Part shown: piece after piece, positions 1 through 7,355 of the stretch | How the letters are laid out: every line of letters begins with the position of its first letter | Position numbering within the stretch: the first letter of the stretch is position 1 | DNA from: Pedosphaera sp. | GTDB taxonomy: Bacteria; Verrucomicrobiota; Verrucomicrobiia; Limisphaerales; Pedosphaeraceae | Direction of reading: 5' to 3' | Assembly (NCBI GenBank): GCA_028293465.1 | Contig: JAQGOT010000131.1 | Span: 1-28,011 of the forward strand | Length of the DNA stretch: 28,011 bases | Position numbers and translations under genes: made by a program | Notes under the pieces: model-generated | What the model saw: the letters and a program-made list of their open reading frames with translations, nothing else | Told to the model about the DNA's origin: nothing | Databases searched by the model: none

Positions 1-1428
1 CCGTGACGGACGGGAGAGGCCGGAGTTGATCTTCAAGGCCGCGCTAAACTCGGCAAACCAGGTTTTCAGTTCGGGCGGTGAGGGATCAAACGGATTCAGC
101 AGGTTCAGCGGGTTGATGCCTTCCACGCCAATGATTTCCCAATCAATGGAATACGGCGGTGCGTGTTCCCGCAGCAAATGCATGATTTGCGAGCGCGCAT
201 GGGCGCGGGAGTCAGAGGGCGGTTCCATTATCGAGGCCTCAATCACTTTGTCTGAGAGATCCCAGGCCGGCGGTGGTTGGCTCATGGCCCAGCCCAGGCT
301 GCGGGTTGGATCGATGTGATGAAATTCCAAATCCTGCGCCTTCAGCCACGGATCATCCCAATCAATCTTCTCCTGCTCCATGAATTTCCGGAGCAACCAC
401 CGTTTCGTGATCCAATCCACCTTGCCAATCAAGGCTTGCGGCTCCAGCGCCAAGGCCTTCAACGTGGAACCCCAGACATCCAGCAATACATCAGTCTCGG
501 TGTCGCGTCCGTGGAACTCCGTCCAGGCGGCGTCGAAAAATTTCTGCAACAGTTCCACCGCATCGGTGGACCGGCCGTCCGCGAGTCTCACCTGCCAGGG
601 CCCGTCCGGTTGATGCGACATGGCGCGGAAGGTCTTCACCGCGTCGGCCAGCACCAGCTTCGGCAAATGATTAATTTCCAGCAGATCGAGCATCAACGAC
701 GTGGTGCCGACCTTCAACAGCACGGTGGCGGGCAGCACACTGGTGTCCCCGTGCAGCAAATGTAACCGCCGGAACTTGCGGGGATCGCCTAGCGGCTCGT
801 CCCGCGTGTTTATGATGGAGCGGTTGAACTGTACCCATTCGTACAAGTCGTTGTTGATGTAATCCGCCCGCTGACTCATCTGGTAAACGCCATCCGAACC
901 CGGCCGGCTGATTTCCCCCCGCCACTCCGCCGCCAGCGTGGTTCCCACGCGCCCGGCCCCCGTGTAAAGCAGGCGCAAGGTGAGAAATGTCAGCAGCGAG
1001 AGCACGTTGGTTTCGGTCAAGGGAGCCGAGCGGCGCACGAGGTAATTTTCGTGGCATCCGAAAGTCGCCCCCGTGTAATGGTCGATGTTGTTGCGGATGA
1101 AACTGACTTCGCCCGCGAGGCCCAGCGACTTGAGGGCGTGCACCGCCAAGGCATCCCCGGCGCGGTCGTACTTGAGGATGTCGATCAGGGAATAGCACTC
1201 CGGCGTGCAATATTCAAGGTGCCCCATGTCGATGTAAACCCGCCCGCCATTAAACAGAAAACCGCCGTTGCCCGGCGGTTCGTCCCAATCGCGGTGATGC
1301 ACATCAATCAACCCAAATTCTTCGCGTCCAAAAATCCAATCGCGCACGCGCTCGACGGCGATGAAAGAACCCGCCGGCGTGTTCGTCAGACAACCATATT
1401 CTGTTTCCAGTCCTGCTATACGATTCAT
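1..1428 (-). CDS. pafA: PafA-like Pup/UBact-protein ligase (3' end runs off the window; missing from ORF track)
   Basis: Hand translation from ATG at 1428 is open to position 1 (476 codons): MNRIAGLETEYGC (GhExE motif), NGGRVYIDMGHLEYCTPEC, NNIDHYTGATFGCHENY, QRAD, INTRDEPL, FRRLHLLHGD. Lacks the Dop-type DHAH motif and Dop loop. Last gene of an arc-dop-modifier-prcB-prcA operon. Confidence 0.9.
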   Translation of the reverse strand, partial: MNRIAGLETEYGCLTNTPAGSFIAVERVRDWIFGREEFGLIDVHHRDWDEPPGNGGFLFNGGRVYIDMGHLEYCTPECYSLIDILKYDRAGDALAVHALKSLGLAGEVSFIRNNIDHYTGATFGCHENYLVRRSAPLTETNVLSLLTFLTLRLLYTGAGRVGTTLAAEWRGEISRPGSDGVYQMSQRADYINNDLYEWVQFNRSIINTRDEPLGDPRKFRRLHLLHGDTSVLPATVLLKVGTTSLMLDLLEINHLPKLVLADAVKTFRAMSHQPDGPWQVRLADGRSTDAVELLQKFFDAAWTEFHGRDTETDVLLDVWGSTLKALALEPQALIGKVDWITKRWLLRKFMEQEKIDWDDPWLKAQDLEFHHIDPTRSLGWAMSQPPPAWDLSDKVIEASIMEPPSDSRAHARSQIMHLLREHAPPYSIDWEIIGVEGINPLNLLNPFDPSPPELKTWFAEFSAALKINSGLSRPSR

Positions 1429-1553
1429 AAGCTACTCCCGGAGTCCAGACGGTTTGCCCGCGGGATTGGTAAACGCGACCGGAACAACTCCTTTACTCCA
1501 GTGATCCCGAATCCAGCAGCTCGCGCCGGCTTGGTCAGGATCTATTTCAAAAT

Positions 1554-2294
1554 TCATAAGCCGGCCTGCGCCAGGCTTAACGGCTCATAACGAGCATGCC
1601 GCGGACTATTCCGCGCCAGCCAGCCCAGTTCCACCACCCGCTCGCTGGAGCTCGCCCGCCAGCCAGCCTGACGTTGGGCCTCTTCCGGCAGCCCTTCACC
1701 AAAAGGCTTGTTCTCCACCAAGCACCACCAAGCCTGCAACAGCACATCCGCAACCTCCCGACGGTCGGTCTTGCCCGCCAGCGATCCGTTCAGCCACGCT
1801 TGGGCGGCCGCTTCCGGTTCCGGTTGGCTGGCGGCGACCATCACTCCGCCCGCTTGAAACCTGAAACCGCCGTCAAAGTGCAGCCGCAACAACAAATCTT
1901 TCTCCGGCGCATTGCCAATCTCCGCCAGGAGCAACTCCACCAGAAACGGGGCGGTGAAGATCTGCTCAAAGTTGGTCTTCAACTGCGGGCTCAATCCAAA
2001 ACTCACCAACCGCCGCAGGCTCACGTCCTCGGGTGCCCGGGTGAACGACTCCGTGTGCGCCGCGTCGATGGCCGCCTGCCTGATCTTTTCAATATCCGCC
2101 GGATGCCCCAATCCCGCCAGCGCGTGACGGTCAAATAATTCAAAAACCTTCGACTGCCCCCCGCCGACAGCGAGCAACAAGATGCCATCGGGCAGGCTGG
2201 CCGCGAACGCGGGCGAACCTCGCTTGAGCTGTTCGCGCACGTATTCACGGCGGTTCGCCACCGCCTCCAACCACCGATATGGTTCTTCAGTCAT
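1554..2294 (-). CDS. prcA: 20S proteasome alpha subunit, bacterial type
   Basis: 246 aa; RREYVREQLKRGSP, KVFELFDRHALAGLGHPADIEKIRQAAI, RRLV, PFLVELLLAEI and LHFDG align by eye with actinobacterial PrcA; directly downstream of prcB. Confidence 0.9.
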   Translation of the reverse strand: MTEEPYRWLEAVANRREYVREQLKRGSPAFAASLPDGILLLAVGGGQSKVFELFDRHALAGLGHPADIEKIRQAAIDAAHTESFTRAPEDVSLRRLVSFGLSPQLKTNFEQIFTAPFLVELLLAEIGNAPEKDLLLRLHFDGGFRFQAGGVMVAASQPEPEAAAQAWLNGSLAGKTDRREVADVLLQAWWCLVENKPFGEGLPEEAQRQAGWRASSSERVVELGWLARNSPRHARYEPLSLAQAGL

Positions 2295-2390
2295 CGAGTT
2301 TGATTCCTTCTTAACCCTAATCCTGATTCCAATCCTCTCAAGTGAAGAGTCTGAGTGTGCGGGCGGTTAAGAGCTCCTCCTCACCTCTTG

Positions 2391-3164
2391 TTATATCTTA
2401 AGAAAACCGGACTGCTGTTGATCCGTGATGGATTCCACGCCGCTGCTGCGGAGCAGCTTGATGGTGGCGTAGGTTTGGGTCGCGGGATTCACCCCACCCG
2501 TCGCGGAGTCGAACTCCGAGGCCACCATCAACAGGCGCAGGGCAAATTTGACCGCCTCACCCAGCTTCATCTGGGAGGGGCGCGGGCTGCCGTATTGCTC
2601 CTGGAAGCTCAACACGCTCCGGATCGTCCCCGAGCCCGATCCGGAGGCGACGTAGTCCACGGATTGAAATTGCGCCCCGAGCGGGTCGTAGAAATAGATC
2701 TGGGGTTTGGCCGGAGAAACAGTTTGATCCAAGCCCGCGAACAGCGGGGCCACCACCCCGACGCCTTGCATGGTCATGGGCAGATTCTCGCGCAACAACC
2801 GGGCCAGGGCCCGCACCTTCGCCGGGAGGCTGAGGGGTTGTAACTGGCTGCGCCGGTAATACTCGAAGGAAGTTTGCAGGACACGGGCCATCTCGAAAGC
2901 GGTGGCTGGGACACCGGCAATGGCGAGCAGGGAGGTTGCGTCAATCTCGATGACCTTGTCCACGCGATCGGTGACAATGACGTTACCCGCAGTGGCGCGC
3001 CGGTCACCGGCCATCAACACCCCCTCGGCGAACTCGAAAGCAAAAACGGTCGTTGCCTGCGTCTGCACCGGAGCGGTGGACGCAGGAACGATGGGAACAG
3101 GCGCCAGCTTGTGGGTGGCGAGCAGGGACATGAAGTCACCCGCAATCAGCGTCCCGGGGTTCAT
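2391..3164 (-). CDS. prcB: 20S proteasome beta subunit (Ntn hydrolase) with 37-aa propeptide
   Basis: Mature start TTVFAFEFAEGVLMAGDRRATAG with Thr1, Asp17 and Lys33 at canonical spacing, plus the GSGS motif; ATG overlaps the modifier stop codon (ATGA). Confidence 0.95.
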   Translation of the reverse strand: MNPGTLIAGDFMSLLATHKLAPVPIVPASTAPVQTQATTVFAFEFAEGVLMAGDRRATAGNVIVTDRVDKVIEIDATSLLAIAGVPATAFEMARVLQTSFEYYRRSQLQPLSLPAKVRALARLLRENLPMTMQGVGVVAPLFAGLDQTVSPAKPQIYFYDPLGAQFQSVDYVASGSGSGTIRSVLSFQEQYGSPRPSQMKLGEAVKFALRLLMVASEFDSATGGVNPATQTYATIKLLRSSGVESITDQQQSGFLKI

Positions 3165-3331
3165 TGGCCCGTTCTTTGGCGATACCTTTTAGCCTGGTCC
3201 GGATCCACTTTGCGCATCCGTTTCAGGAGCTCCTCCGTGTTGGGTTTTTCTACCTTGGGTGAATTAGGTCCCTCTCCGCCGCCGCTTGGGCCAGCGCCGG
3301 GAGGCCGGTTTTTTTGTGCTTGGTCTGGCAT
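3161..3331 (-). CDS. ubact: UBact, ubiquitin-like/Pup-analogous protein modifier (56 aa; missing from ORF track)
   Basis: Hand translation: MPDQAQKNRPPGAGPSGGGEGPNSPKVEKPNTEELLKRMRKVDPDQAKRYRQRTGQ*. Disordered Pro/Gly-rich N-terminus, C-terminal G-Q, occupies the pup slot between dop (14-nt gap) and prcB (ATGA overlap). The C-terminal half matches the UBact pattern as I recall it. Confidence 0.92.
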   Translation of the reverse strand: MPDQAQKNRPPGAGPSGGGEGPNSPKVEKPNTEELLKRMRKVDPDQAKRYRQRTGQ

Positions 3332-3345
3332 AAACTTGTTAACAA

Positions 3346-4869
3346 TTATGACATCAATTTCAGCATTCGCAAATCCTCCGGCGAACGCGCCTCGTCGATG
3401 TGTCTAGCATACCGCGAAATCTCCTCGGGCGCGAACAAATCCATGAAAGAAATTTTTATCGGCCCGTCCTGTCCCCGCAGGGTGATGTGGTCCCATTGCG
3501 CTGATTCCACGGCGTCTGCGAATTTCTGGATGAGCTTGCCGCGCAAACAAGCCCGGGTGGTCGCGGGCGGTTCGCACATGGCCCAGCGCACCGCCGTTTC
3601 CTCCGGCACGCCCAACATGGCCCCACTCTGTTCCAAGCCGTAGTACAAACCTTCCGCCAGATCCAGCCGGTGATATTCCAAATCCAGACTCTGCAGCCAC
3701 GGGTCGTCCGGGGCCAGGTTTTGTGCCGCTTGAAATTCCAGCACCAACGCCAGTTTGGCCACCCAATCCAGCCGGTTGCGGCAACGCATCACGTCCGCCT
3801 CCAGGTCGTTCAGCACCTGCTCCCAGTCCGCCACCACGGCCTCCCGGGCGGGTGAGCTGAGATCACACAACTCCCTGACCGCCGCCAGGTAATCACGTTG
3901 CACTGCCAATCCGGTTGAGGGGCGCGCACCCTGCAACTCAAGTTCCCAGCGGAAGGAAGGATCCCGCGAAATGGCCGGCAAGGCCTCCAGCGGCTCCGCC
4001 AGTTGCGGCCAGGCCCGCCGCGGATCACGCACCAGGGCCTCCAACACCAACCCGGTGACACCGATCTTCAGCCGGGTCGCAAACGGCGACATATTGGCAT
4101 CGCCGATGATGACATGAAACCGCCGGTAGAGTTTGGGATTGGCGTGCGGTTCGTCGCGGGTGTTCACCAGCGGCCGGCGTTGCATGGTGTCCACGCTTTG
4201 CAGCTCGCTGAAAAAATCGCTGCGTTGCGCAATCTGGAAGTGGGACGAGATGAACCGATCCTCTTCCTCGATGGCGAACTTGCCCGCGCCGGCAAAAATT
4301 TGACGCGTGACCAGGAACGCCTGCACACCTTGGGCCAATTGTCCCCAGGGCAGCGCGCGGGTGAGCAGGTAATTCTCGTGGCAGCCGTAGCTGTGGCCGC
4401 GGAAGTCAGTGTTGTTTTTGTAAAGCCGGACGGTGTCCCCGCGCTGGGCGGAGAGCTGTTGCGCGCACGCCATCATAATGCGCTCCCCAGCGCGGTCCTG
4501 CGCCAGCAACTCGTCCAGCGTGCTGCATTCGGGGGTGCAATATTCGGGGTGGGCGTGATCGTTGTAGAAGCGCGCGCCGTTGCCCAGCACCAGGTCGCTC
4601 TTGATTTCGACGTAGCTCAGCTCGCGGTGAGAGTCCTGCGCGAAATAGTTGGCCTCGTCCGTATCCTGGCGCAACTCCGGCACGTGAAACCCGCGCATGT
4701 CCGCGTGCGGATCTTCACTGTCATAATCCCAACGCATCAAAACGCCGGGCTCGACCACACTGCGCACCAACGCGATGGATTCGGCCACCACGTCCAGGTG
4801 CTCATCGTGCTCGCGGGCGATGCCGATCTCCGTCTCGATCCCGAACTGGATTATGTTTGACGGGGTCAT
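3346..4869 (-). CDS. dop: Dop-like deamidase/depupylase (PafA/Dop family)
   Basis: FGIETEIG (GhExE), Dop-loop-like RWDYDSEDPHADMRGF, NGARFYNDHAHPEYCTPEC, SYGCHENY, RPLVNTRDEPHA, RRFHVIIGDANMS. Start moved from TTG 4965 to ATG 4869, just before the conserved motif (507 aa). Confidence 0.9.
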   Translation of the reverse strand: MTPSNIIQFGIETEIGIAREHDEHLDVVAESIALVRSVVEPGVLMRWDYDSEDPHADMRGFHVPELRQDTDEANYFAQDSHRELSYVEIKSDLVLGNGARFYNDHAHPEYCTPECSTLDELLAQDRAGERIMMACAQQLSAQRGDTVRLYKNNTDFRGHSYGCHENYLLTRALPWGQLAQGVQAFLVTRQIFAGAGKFAIEEEDRFISSHFQIAQRSDFFSELQSVDTMQRRPLVNTRDEPHANPKLYRRFHVIIGDANMSPFATRLKIGVTGLVLEALVRDPRRAWPQLAEPLEALPAISRDPSFRWELELQGARPSTGLAVQRDYLAAVRELCDLSSPAREAVVADWEQVLNDLEADVMRCRNRLDWVAKLALVLEFQAAQNLAPDDPWLQSLDLEYHRLDLAEGLYYGLEQSGAMLGVPEETAVRWAMCEPPATTRACLRGKLIQKFADAVESAQWDHITLRGQDGPIKISFMDLFAPEEISRYARHIDEARSPEDLRMLKLMS

Positions 4870-4873
4870 TTGT

Positions 4874-4984
4874 TTAATCGCCGGTGGAACCGGAGGTTTC
4901 TCGAAAGAGGAGGGTTGGCATCGGACCTTTGCGTGGAATCGAAGGAGGCAACTTTTCAATCTCAACTTCGAGTCGCTTTTTCAT
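4874..4984 (-). CDS. Putative 36-aa small protein between arc and dop
   Basis: ATG 4984 to TAA 4874: MKKRLEVEIEKLPPSIPRKGPMPTLLFRETSGSTGD*; co-oriented, stop codon 4 nt before the dop ATG. No family recognised. Confidence 0.3.
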   Translation of the reverse strand: MKKRLEVEIEKLPPSIPRKGPMPTLLFRETSGSTGD

Positions 4985-5032
4985 CCCTGGTACCGGTTTG
5001 GCCCAGCCGATGGCATCGTGGGCAACCTTTGA

Positions 5033-6730
5033 TTATACGACGCCGCTCCCCAGCGCATCCTTTTTAAGCTGGCGCACCGGGCCGAGCTTGATGACGTTCT
5101 CCGGATCGAAGTCGGTCAACTTGAGCCAGTCCTCCGTTACGTCCGTGGGCGGGAAGAGATCGTTTTCCTCATACTCACGCTGCAAGGCGCGCAACAAATC
5201 CTCCCGGGTCAGATGGGTTTCCTGGCCGGTGTCGATCGAGCGTTTGATGGCAAAACTCTTCGCCCGCTCTACCACCGCCGCAATGATCGCCCCGCTCGCG
5301 AGATCGCCGCGATACAGGAAATCCTTCTTGCCGCTCCGGAACACAATTTCCAGGAACTGGTTTGAGGGCGTGTGGGAATAATGCGCCTCGGTCACCACCC
5401 GCGCCAAATCCGCGCGTGGTTCGGCCAAAGGCAGGCTTTCGCGCAAATAGATTTCGTAGATGGCCTGTGCCCCAGCTTGATCCGGCCGGTTCACCTTGAT
5501 TTTCCGGTCGATGCGTCCCGGCCGCAGGATCGCCGGGTCGATCAGGTCCGCCCGGTTCGAGGCGAGAATCACCACCACATTCTGCAACACCTCCAACCCG
5601 TCCATCTCCGTGCAGAACATCGGCACCAAGGTGCTGAGAATGCTGTTATAACGGCCGGCGCGGCGTGTCCCCAGAATGGATTCCGCCTCGTCGATGAAAA
5701 GGAATGCCAGCGCGCCATCCCGGGCGCGTTCGCGGCATTGGATGAAAAGGTCGCGCACCTGTCGCTCGGATTCCCCCACCCACATGTTCAAGATTTCCGG
5801 ACCTTTGACATGCAGGAAGAATTCCGGATGGTCCACACCGGTTTGGGCCTTGAGTTGTTGCCGCAGATTGTAAGCGGTGGCTTTGCCGAGCAAGGTCTTG
5901 CCGCAACCCGGCGGTCCGTGCAGCAGAAAGCCCTTCGGCACCGTGTGCTCGAAACGCTTGAACAGATCTCGATGCAGGAAGGGGAGTTCAATGGTGTCAC
6001 GAATCGCCTGCACCGCCTCCGTTTGGCCGCCCACGGCGGCCCACGGGATTTCAGTGACCGTCTCCAGGGAGCGTTCGATGCGCCGCCCCATGCCGATCAC
6101 TTCCAGCGCGACGCGTTGGTTGACATCCAACCGCACCTCCATGCCAGGCTTCAGTTTTTCCTTCACCAGCAAAGCGGAGCGGAGGAGCACCAGCGAATTG
6201 AAGCCCGCTTCCTGCCCGATGCGCAGCCGTCCATCGGAAAGCAGTTCATCAATTCGGACAATCGGCCCGTTCTTGTCAAAGCCCAATCCCTGCACCACCG
6301 CGAAAGCTTCGTTGCAGAGGACCCGCTGCCCCATTTGCAGACTGTTCTGCGGGATCTTGGGGTCAACGCGGCAGACGTAATCAGTGCCGCCGACACAAAC
6401 GTGCGCTTTGTCATTTTCCACCGGCATCAAGAAGGTGCCGATGCGGAAGGCCGGCGAGCGGAGCTTCTCGACAATTTCGTCCAGCTTTTCAATCGCCTGG
6501 CGGGCTTGATCGTTCTGCTCCTCGATCGCGGTAATACGATCGCGGAGATAAATCAAATCCATCAGCGAAGAATGGCGCGGGGGCAATTTGCCCGCAATAA
6601 TGTCAACGAGTTGAAGGGCGGAAAGCGATTCTAACTCCTCGTGTGAAAGCATCTGACCAAGCGGTGAGGCTCCCTCCGTGGGGGACTCAATCTTGGGCGA
6701 TGGCGTTGGTTTTTTCTTGGATTCACCCAT
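5033..6730 (-). CDS. arc: Proteasome-associated AAA+ ATPase (ARC/Mpa family)
   Basis: N-terminal coiled coil, OB-like region, Walker A GPPGCGKT, pore loop VKGPEILNMWVGESE, Walker B FIDEAES, second region of homology ASNRADLIDPAILRPGRID. First ATG at 6730 (6736 is TTG); heads the proteasome operon. Confidence 0.95.
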   Translation of the reverse strand: MGESKKKPTPSPKIESPTEGASPLGQMLSHEELESLSALQLVDIIAGKLPPRHSSLMDLIYLRDRITAIEEQNDQARQAIEKLDEIVEKLRSPAFRIGTFLMPVENDKAHVCVGGTDYVCRVDPKIPQNSLQMGQRVLCNEAFAVVQGLGFDKNGPIVRIDELLSDGRLRIGQEAGFNSLVLLRSALLVKEKLKPGMEVRLDVNQRVALEVIGMGRRIERSLETVTEIPWAAVGGQTEAVQAIRDTIELPFLHRDLFKRFEHTVPKGFLLHGPPGCGKTLLGKATAYNLRQQLKAQTGVDHPEFFLHVKGPEILNMWVGESERQVRDLFIQCRERARDGALAFLFIDEAESILGTRRAGRYNSILSTLVPMFCTEMDGLEVLQNVVVILASNRADLIDPAILRPGRIDRKIKVNRPDQAGAQAIYEIYLRESLPLAEPRADLARVVTEAHYSHTPSNQFLEIVFRSGKKDFLYRGDLASGAIIAAVVERAKSFAIKRSIDTGQETHLTREDLLRALQREYEENDLFPPTDVTEDWLKLTDFDPENVIKLGPVRQLKKDALGSGVV

Positions 6731-6736
6731 GACCAA

Positions 6737-6764
6737 ACCTTAGTCCTGTTCCGGGCAATTGCAA
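6737..6764 (-). promoter_or_regulatory. Candidate sigma70-type promoter for arc (TTGCAA-N16-TAAGGT), possibly giving a leaderless mRNA
   Basis: On the minus strand TTGCAA (6764-6759), 16-nt spacer, TAAGGT (6742-6737), then 6 nt to the ATG at 6730; no obvious Shine-Dalgarno. Confidence 0.35.
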
Positions 6765-6902
6765 ATCGCAGTCCATCTTTTCTAAAATAAAAATGCGCGG
6801 TTAAAATGTTTTCTGCTCAACGTCTCCGCGTGGAGGGTCGCAGCGTCCTGAGTCAACCGAAAATGTTTTGCTAAACCACCCGGGAGAGCGGGAGAAGCGG
6901 GA

Positions 6903-6922
6903 CAGCCTTTTCGGAAAGGCTG
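6903..6922. other. Perfect 8-bp hairpin downstream of the DUF883 gene
   Basis: CAGCCTTT-TCGG-AAAGGCTG; no U-tract on either strand. Confidence 0.4.
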
Positions 6923-6966
6923 GATTGGGATGTTTGGTTTAACGCCGGTCACACAGGAGGTGATGA

Positions 6967-7269
6967 TCAAGTTCCAAGCGGGTCAACATTTTTAATATTG
7001 GCGTTCATCCTCCTCGTTGTCCTTGCGTTGGAAAACGCGTTGCGAGCCAGCACCCCCAGGAGAAATCCCAAGCCAAAGGCCAGGCCCATGCCGGGATAGG
7101 GGTTCCGACGGATGCTTGCGTCTGCCGCGCGAGCGCCCGCCCTGGCTTTCTGCTGCAACTGGCCCGCCCCGGATCTAAGGAGTTCCTCGCCATCGCGGAC
7201 CACCACCCGCAAATCATCGACCAACCGCTGCAGCGTCATGGCGTTGCCATTGTGATTTTCAGGTATCAT
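6967..7269 (-). CDS. ElaB/YqjD (DUF883) family small tail-anchored membrane protein
   Basis: LVDDLRVVVRDGEELLR...KARAGARAADASIRRNPY..GLAFGLGFLLGVLA: amphipathic helices followed by the typical (R)xNPy plus C-terminal hydrophobic helix. Confidence 0.8.
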   Translation of the reverse strand: MIPENHNGNAMTLQRLVDDLRVVVRDGEELLRSGAGQLQQKARAGARAADASIRRNPYPGMGLAFGLGFLLGVLARNAFSNARTTRRMNANIKNVDPLGT

Positions 7270-7355
7270 ACAACAGGTGATTTCCTACCTTCATAATCAC
7301 CCCACTGCATCGCCCAGCCAATGGGGTATTTCCCATGTTCTTCCGTCCTTTCAGA

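Noticed and set aside
2295-2390. Low-complexity TTAACCCTAATCCTGATTCCAATCC tract between prcB and prcA
   Set aside because: Degenerate, no regular unit, no ORF or stable hairpin; not a CRISPR or a supported repeat.
4676-4691. parS-like half match TCCGGCACGTGAAACC inside dop
   Set aside because: Four mismatches to the consensus and not palindromic.
4870-4965. N-terminal extension of dop from TTG 4965, and similar upstream starts for arc, the REC protein, GH2, glf, the GT and DUF3299
   Set aside because: Downstream ATGs sit at the family-conserved starts, the ribosome site or the signal peptide; the extensions have no recognisable features.
4874-5035. The 36-aa small ORF is in frame with arc, suggesting stop-codon readthrough
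   Set aside because: The stop is TAA, rarely read through, and the extended protein would still lack an HbYX end; one-in-three frame coincidence.
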